Assembly (NCBI GenBank): GCA_035627835.1
Contig: DASPKX010000172.1
Span: 26,949 to 90,948 of the forward strand
Length of the DNA: 64,000 nucleotides
Direction of reading: 5' to 3'
Source of the DNA: Candidatus Methylomirabilota bacterium
GTDB lineage: Bacteria; Verrucomicrobiota; Verrucomicrobiia; Limisphaerales; SXQI01
The notes beneath the pieces were generated by a model. It had not been told where the DNA came from and ran no database searches. It worked only from the letters and a program-made list of their open reading frames with translations. The stretch's first letter is position 1; the number at the start of each line of letters is the position of its first letter. Shown one piece after another: positions 60,033 to 64,000 of this stretch. Made by a program: the position numbers and the translations under genes.

Positions 60033-61979
60033 TCACGCTGGTTTCCGGCCCAACTCTTTTTCTGCGTCGAAGGCGGCCAGCTTGGTCGCGGCTTCCTCCC
60101 ATTGTGGATGAAGCTCCCCAAGCTCGTCCTCCACCTCCATCAATTCGCGATTCAATGACGCGCCTTTGTCTGCGCGGGCGTAAGTGGCAGGGTCTTGAAG
60201 AACGGTGTGCAGTTCAGACTGCCGCTTCTCCAGGGATTGAATCCGCTTCTCGAACTGGTCCACGGCGTTCTGGAGCTGCTTCCGGACTTTTGATCTGGCT
60301 TGGCGCTCCTCAGCTTCAATTCGGCGTTGCTCTTTCGAGTTGGTCACCCGTTCAACAACCGGAGATTTCCCCGAAGCCTGGCGGGCCGCCGCGGCAGCGG
60401 CTGCCGCAGTCTTCTCAACGTAATAATCGTAGTTGCCCAGGAAGCGCTGAACCTTCCCGTGCTCCACATGCACCACCTGGTTTGCGAGCGCGCGAATGAA
60501 ATAAACATCGTGGCTGATGAAGCAGAGAGTGCCTTCATACTGCTCCAATGCCGCAATCAGCGCTTCGATGCTCGCCATGTCCAGGTGCGTCGTCGGCTCG
60601 TCCATCAGCAGCAGATTGGGCGGATCAAGCAGCAGCTTCACCAATGCGAGCCGGCTTTTCTCGCCGCCCGACAAGACACGCACGGGCTTCAGCACATCAT
60701 CACCGCTAAAAAGGAAGCAGCCTAAAATATTCCGCACGAACACCTCGGTTACGCGTTGGGGGGTGTCCAAGGCCTCCTCCAAGACGGTCCGATCGACGCG
60801 GAGCATCTCCACGCGATTCTGCGAGTAGTAACCCGCGCGAACATTGTGGCCCAAGACACGTTCGCCCGCTGAGGGCGTAAGCACACCGGCCAGCAACTTG
60901 AGCATGGTAGATTTGCCCGCGCCATTCGGCCCCACCAAAACCAGCCGCTGATCCCGCTCGATCTCAAAGTCGAGACCTTGGTAGATCGGCTTTGCGCCGT
61001 AGCCGAAGTGCACCTGCTTCAACGCCAGCACCCGCTGCCCGCTTCTTTGCGGTTGGGGGAAGGTGAAATCGATTTCCTGCCCGTCTTCATCCGGCAGCTC
61101 TATCTTATCCATCCGCTCGATTTGCTTGAGCTTGGATTGAGCCTGGGAGGCTTTGGTGTTCTTGGCGCGGAACCGCTCGACGAAGTGCATCAAGCGCGCG
61201 ATCTCCTTCTGCTGGTTCTTGTGCGCCGCGCGAAGGTTCGCTTCATTCGCCGCGCGCTGCTCAAGGTATTGATCGTAGTTGCCGCGATAACGAATGAGTT
61301 GCCCGAAGCGTAGCTCCACGATCGAACCCACGAGCCGGTTCAGGAACTCACGATCATGCGAGATCATCAGGATTGCGCCTGGGTAACTCAGCAAATGGTT
61401 CTGGAACCACAAGAGCGAGTAGAGATCGAGATGGTTCGTTGGTTCGTCCAGCAGCAGCAAATCCGGCTCCTGCACCAGCAGACGAGCCAGATGCGCGCGC
61501 ATAACCCAGCCGCCGCTCAATTCCCGCGCCGGTCGGTCGAAGTCGCTCTCACGAAAACTAAGCCCGCTCAGGATGGTCTTGGCTTTAGCTTCGTATTGGA
61601 AGCCTCCCAGCTCCGCATAACGGGTGTGCGGATCCACCCAGTCCGTGTCGTGGTGTGAAGGGTCATGGTCATATTCCGATAGAACCTGTCGGCGCAGAGC
61701 CACCATTTCCGGATGCACTGCCATTGCGATTTCAATGACGGTTTCGTCGCCGACCTGGGCGGTCTCCTGCGGCAGGTAACCGACGGAGGCGCGCCGATCG
61801 AGCGTAATTTCCCCTGCATCGGGCTCCTCCTGCTTGAGGATCATCTTGATCAATGTCGATTTCCCCGCGCCGTTCGGCCCCACCAAGCCAATCCGCTCAC
61901 CGCGGTTGACGAGAATGGAGGCATCTTTGAGCAGGTCGCGCTCACCGTAACTTTTGCTGACATTGACGACATTAAGCAT
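60033..61979 (-). CDS. ABC-F family ATPase (two ABC domains, no TM; translation-factor type)
   Basis: The two Walker A motifs are GLVGPNGAGKST and LVGPNGAGKST. The two signature motifs are LSGGWVMR and LSGGEKSR. A charged coiled-coil forms the C-terminal tail. Confidence 0.95.
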   Translation of the reverse strand: MLNVVNVSKSYGERDLLKDASILVNRGERIGLVGPNGAGKSTLIKMILKQEEPDAGEITLDRRASVGYLPQETAQVGDETVIEIAMAVHPEMVALRRQVLSEYDHDPSHHDTDWVDPHTRYAELGGFQYEAKAKTILSGLSFRESDFDRPARELSGGWVMRAHLARLLVQEPDLLLLDEPTNHLDLYSLLWFQNHLLSYPGAILMISHDREFLNRLVGSIVELRFGQLIRYRGNYDQYLEQRAANEANLRAAHKNQQKEIARLMHFVERFRAKNTKASQAQSKLKQIERMDKIELPDEDGQEIDFTFPQPQRSGQRVLALKQVHFGYGAKPIYQGLDFEIERDQRLVLVGPNGAGKSTMLKLLAGVLTPSAGERVLGHNVRAGYYSQNRVEMLRVDRTVLEEALDTPQRVTEVFVRNILGCFLFSGDDVLKPVRVLSGGEKSRLALVKLLLDPPNLLLMDEPTTHLDMASIEALIAALEQYEGTLCFISHDVYFIRALANQVVHVEHGKVQRFLGNYDYYVEKTAAAAAAAARQASGKSPVVERVTNSKEQRRIEAEERQARSKVRKQLQNAVDQFEKRIQSLEKRQSELHTVLQDPATYARADKGASLNRELMEVEDELGELHPQWEEAATKLAAFDAEKELGRKPA

Positions 61980-62076
61980 TTGGCGCGGTTACAATGCCGT
62001 GCTTGAAGCCTAGCGCAAGCAGAACACAGGCGCAGATTTTTGACTTTTGGGGGGCGTTTTCTTAGCTTCGGCCCCG

Positions 62077-63405
62077 ATGAATATTCTGCGGCATAGCGAC
62101 GCGGGGTTTGCGCAACGGCTGGAAGCGTTGGCCGCAGCGTCCAGCTTGTTTGATCCAGTGGTGGAAGAGCGCGCGCGCGAAGTGGTCAGCGCGGTGCTCA
62201 CCCGCGGGGATGAGGCTCTGGTCGAGTTCACTAAACGCTTCGATGGAGCCGACCTCGCAGCGGAAGACTTCGCCGTGTCTACCGCGGAACGCTTCAACGC
62301 TTCGATGGAGGCCCCCGCCGAGGTGCGAGAGGCCGTCGCCGCAGCCCATAAGAACATTGCTTTCTTCTCGAAGAAGTCACTGCGCAAAGCGTGGTCAGCG
62401 CGCAACCAGCAAGGCGGGAAAGTTGGTGAGAAATTCGACCCGTTCCAGCGTGTTGGCATTTATATCCCTGGCGGAACAGCTCCGCTGGTCTCCACAGCGT
62501 TGATGACAATCACGCTGGCCCGTGTCGCGGGCTGCAAAGACATCGTCGTTTGCACGCCACCGAACAAGGAAGGCCGCGTGAATTCATCGCTGCTCTACGC
62601 CGTGGGAGTGGCGGGCGCCACGGAGATCTACAAGCTCGGGGGCGCGCAAGCCATCGCGGCCATGGCCTGGGGAACGAAGACGATTCGGCGTGTGCAAAAA
62701 GTGTTCGGCCCCGGAAACGCCTATGTCGTCGCAGCCAAGCGCCTGCTCTTCGGCCATGTCGCCGTGGATCTTTTACCCGGGCCAAGCGAAGTGCTGGTGA
62801 TAGCGGACGACAAGGCGAATCCGCGCTTCGCCGCTGCGGACCTGCTGGCGCAGGCGGAGCATGGTTCCGGGCATGAACGCGTTTGGCTGATCACCACGTC
62901 CGCCACTTTTTTGAAAGCGGTGGAGAAGGAGATTGATCGCCAGCTCTTGACTCTCTCGCGAAAGGATTTCATCGCCAAAGCTCTGCAGAACAATGGCTGG
63001 TTGATCCAGGTGCGGAACATTGCGGACGCTGTGGCGCTGGCCAACCGGCTGGCTCCAGAACATTGCGAGATCATGACGGCGCGCCCTGCGGCCGTCGCGG
63101 AGCAGATCGTGACCGCAGGCGCCATATTCCTTGGCGGGAATTCACCCACTGTGCTCGGAGACTACATCGCGGGACCGAGCCACACCTTGCCCACTGGGGG
63201 AGCGGGCGCGGCTTTCCCTGGCCTGACGGTCGATCAGTTCCAACGCCGCACCAGCATCGTGGAATACAGCCCCCCTGCCCTGCGCCGTTCGTTGAGCTTC
63301 ATTAACACCTTCGCTTCTGTTGAAGGATTGGATGCGCATGCGCGCTCAGCGCAGATTCGCCTCGAGAAAGCAGCCGCGGGCAAAGCGAGGAAGCAAAAGG
63401 CATGA
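62077..63405 (+). CDS. hisD: Histidinol dehydrogenase
   Basis: The start is at ATG 62077 (MNILRHSD). Motifs are IYIPGGTAPLVSTALM, GGAQAIAAMAWGT, VDLLPGPSEVLVIAD, LLAQAEHG and APEHCEI. Confidence 0.95.
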   Translation: MNILRHSDAGFAQRLEALAAASSLFDPVVEERAREVVSAVLTRGDEALVEFTKRFDGADLAAEDFAVSTAERFNASMEAPAEVREAVAAAHKNIAFFSKKSLRKAWSARNQQGGKVGEKFDPFQRVGIYIPGGTAPLVSTALMTITLARVAGCKDIVVCTPPNKEGRVNSSLLYAVGVAGATEIYKLGGAQAIAAMAWGTKTIRRVQKVFGPGNAYVVAAKRLLFGHVAVDLLPGPSEVLVIADDKANPRFAAADLLAQAEHGSGHERVWLITTSATFLKAVEKEIDRQLLTLSRKDFIAKALQNNGWLIQVRNIADAVALANRLAPEHCEIMTARPAAVAEQIVTAGAIFLGGNSPTVLGDYIAGPSHTLPTGGAGAAFPGLTVDQFQRRTSIVEYSPPALRRSLSFINTFASVEGLDAHARSAQIRLEKAAAGKARKQKA

Positions 63406-64000
63406 GCCGCGCCAGCTCTTACGTTCGCCCCTTGGTTCGAACCTTGCACCCCTACGTCCCGGGTGAGCAGCCGAAGATCAAGGATCTCGTTAAGCTCAAC
63501 ACCAACGAGAATCCGTATCCGCCTGCTCCTGGAGTGCTGGAGGCCGTGCGGGAAGCGGTCGATGGACGGCTGCGCCTCTACCCCAATCCAGCAGCCGACG
63601 CATTGCGGGAGGCCCTCGCGAAGCTGCACCGCTGCCGTCCCGAGAACATCATCATCGGCAATGGGTCTGACGAGGTTCTCGCACTGGCCACGCGCGCGTT
63701 TGTGGAGCCGATTGGCCTCGGCAAGAACGCGGATGCTGAAACCATCCAGTATTTCTCCCCCAGTTACTCGCTTTACCCGGTGCTCGCGGACACGCAAGGC
63801 ACCCGCAAGAACTCCGTCCGGTTAAACGCCGATTTCACCATCCCGGATGCGAAGGTGCTGCGCGCCGCTGGCTGGAACACCAAAGCTGCCCTCACCTTTG
63901 TCACGACGCCAAACGCTCCCGGAGGCCGCGGCTATGCCGTTGAGCAACTCCGCACCCTTGCCGCCGCCCAGCGGGGTGTGGTGGTGCTGGATGAGGCTTA
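63402..64000 (+). CDS. hisC: Histidinol-phosphate aminotransferase (3' end outside window)
   Basis: This ORF is absent from the supplied ORF track because it has no stop within the window. My own translation from ATG 63402 (ATGA overlap with the hisD stop) gives MSRASSYVRPLVRTLHPYVPGEQP..VKLNTNENPYPPAPGVLEAV...LYPNPAADALREALA...IIIGNGSDEVLAL...TPNAPGG...VVVLDEA, the class-II aminotransferase HisC pattern. Confidence 0.9.
   Translation, partial: MSRASSYVRPLVRTLHPYVPGEQPKIKDLVKLNTNENPYPPAPGVLEAVREAVDGRLRLYPNPAADALREALAKLHRCRPENIIIGNGSDEVLALATRAFVEPIGLGKNADAETIQYFSPSYSLYPVLADTQGTRKNSVRLNADFTIPDAKVLRAAGWNTKAALTFVTTPNAPGGRGYAVEQLRTLAAAQRGVVVLDEA

Overview
GC-rich, gene-dense bacterial chromosomal window with about 47 protein genes on both strands and 2 tRNAs. 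I saw no rRNA, CRISPR array, transposase or integrase. The content points to the PVC superphylum, most likely Verrucomicrobiota. The grounds are a PVC-type beta-propeller/HEAT/cytochrome-c 'heme-binding dehydrogenase', many secreted proteins ending in a TSP3-like 'DxDxDG..T(D/N)P.N.ASVLRL' linker plus a terminal 'FYRL' module, and a GCAGATT-based palindromic extragenic repeat. This placement is inference, not a database result. Recognisable housekeeping genes are eno, ugd, htpG, hisD, hisC (3' partial), mutT, apbE, sppA, ridA, tspO, an RluA-family pseudouridine synthase, an ABC-F ATPase, an LptF/G-family permease, tRNA-Leu(CAA) and tRNA-Ser(CGA). Four loci look most worth follow-up. (1) A divergent locus at 30.1-36.0 kb encodes a HEAT-repeat membrane protein translationally coupled to a PgaC-like GT2 synthase, opposite a TPR + C-terminal beta-barrel protein. 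This is a minimal synthase-dependent exopolysaccharide system with none of the usual accessory genes. (2) Next to it, 36.1-39.5 kb holds an orphan receiver domain and two tandem paralogous membrane-anchored ~480-aa proteins with no domain I can recognise. (3) At 41.5-47.3 kb a translationally coupled flavin-halogenase-like / CRTAC1(FG-GAP, ASPIC-UnbV) / TPR lipoprotein operon is followed by an M19 dipeptidase. (4) At 15.1-17.6 kb a PD-(D/E)XK nuclease is fused to an XPD/DinG Fe-S helicase. Non-coding structure includes four copies (two full, two solo arms) of a ~130-bp palindromic repeat built from 3 x 9-bp GCAGATT units. There is also a second element with the same design but a CACAAA unit beside tRNA-Ser, and a perfectly 10-bp-phased 5 x TACAC array abutting a start codon. 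All functional calls come from motif recognition by eye. No searches were run.
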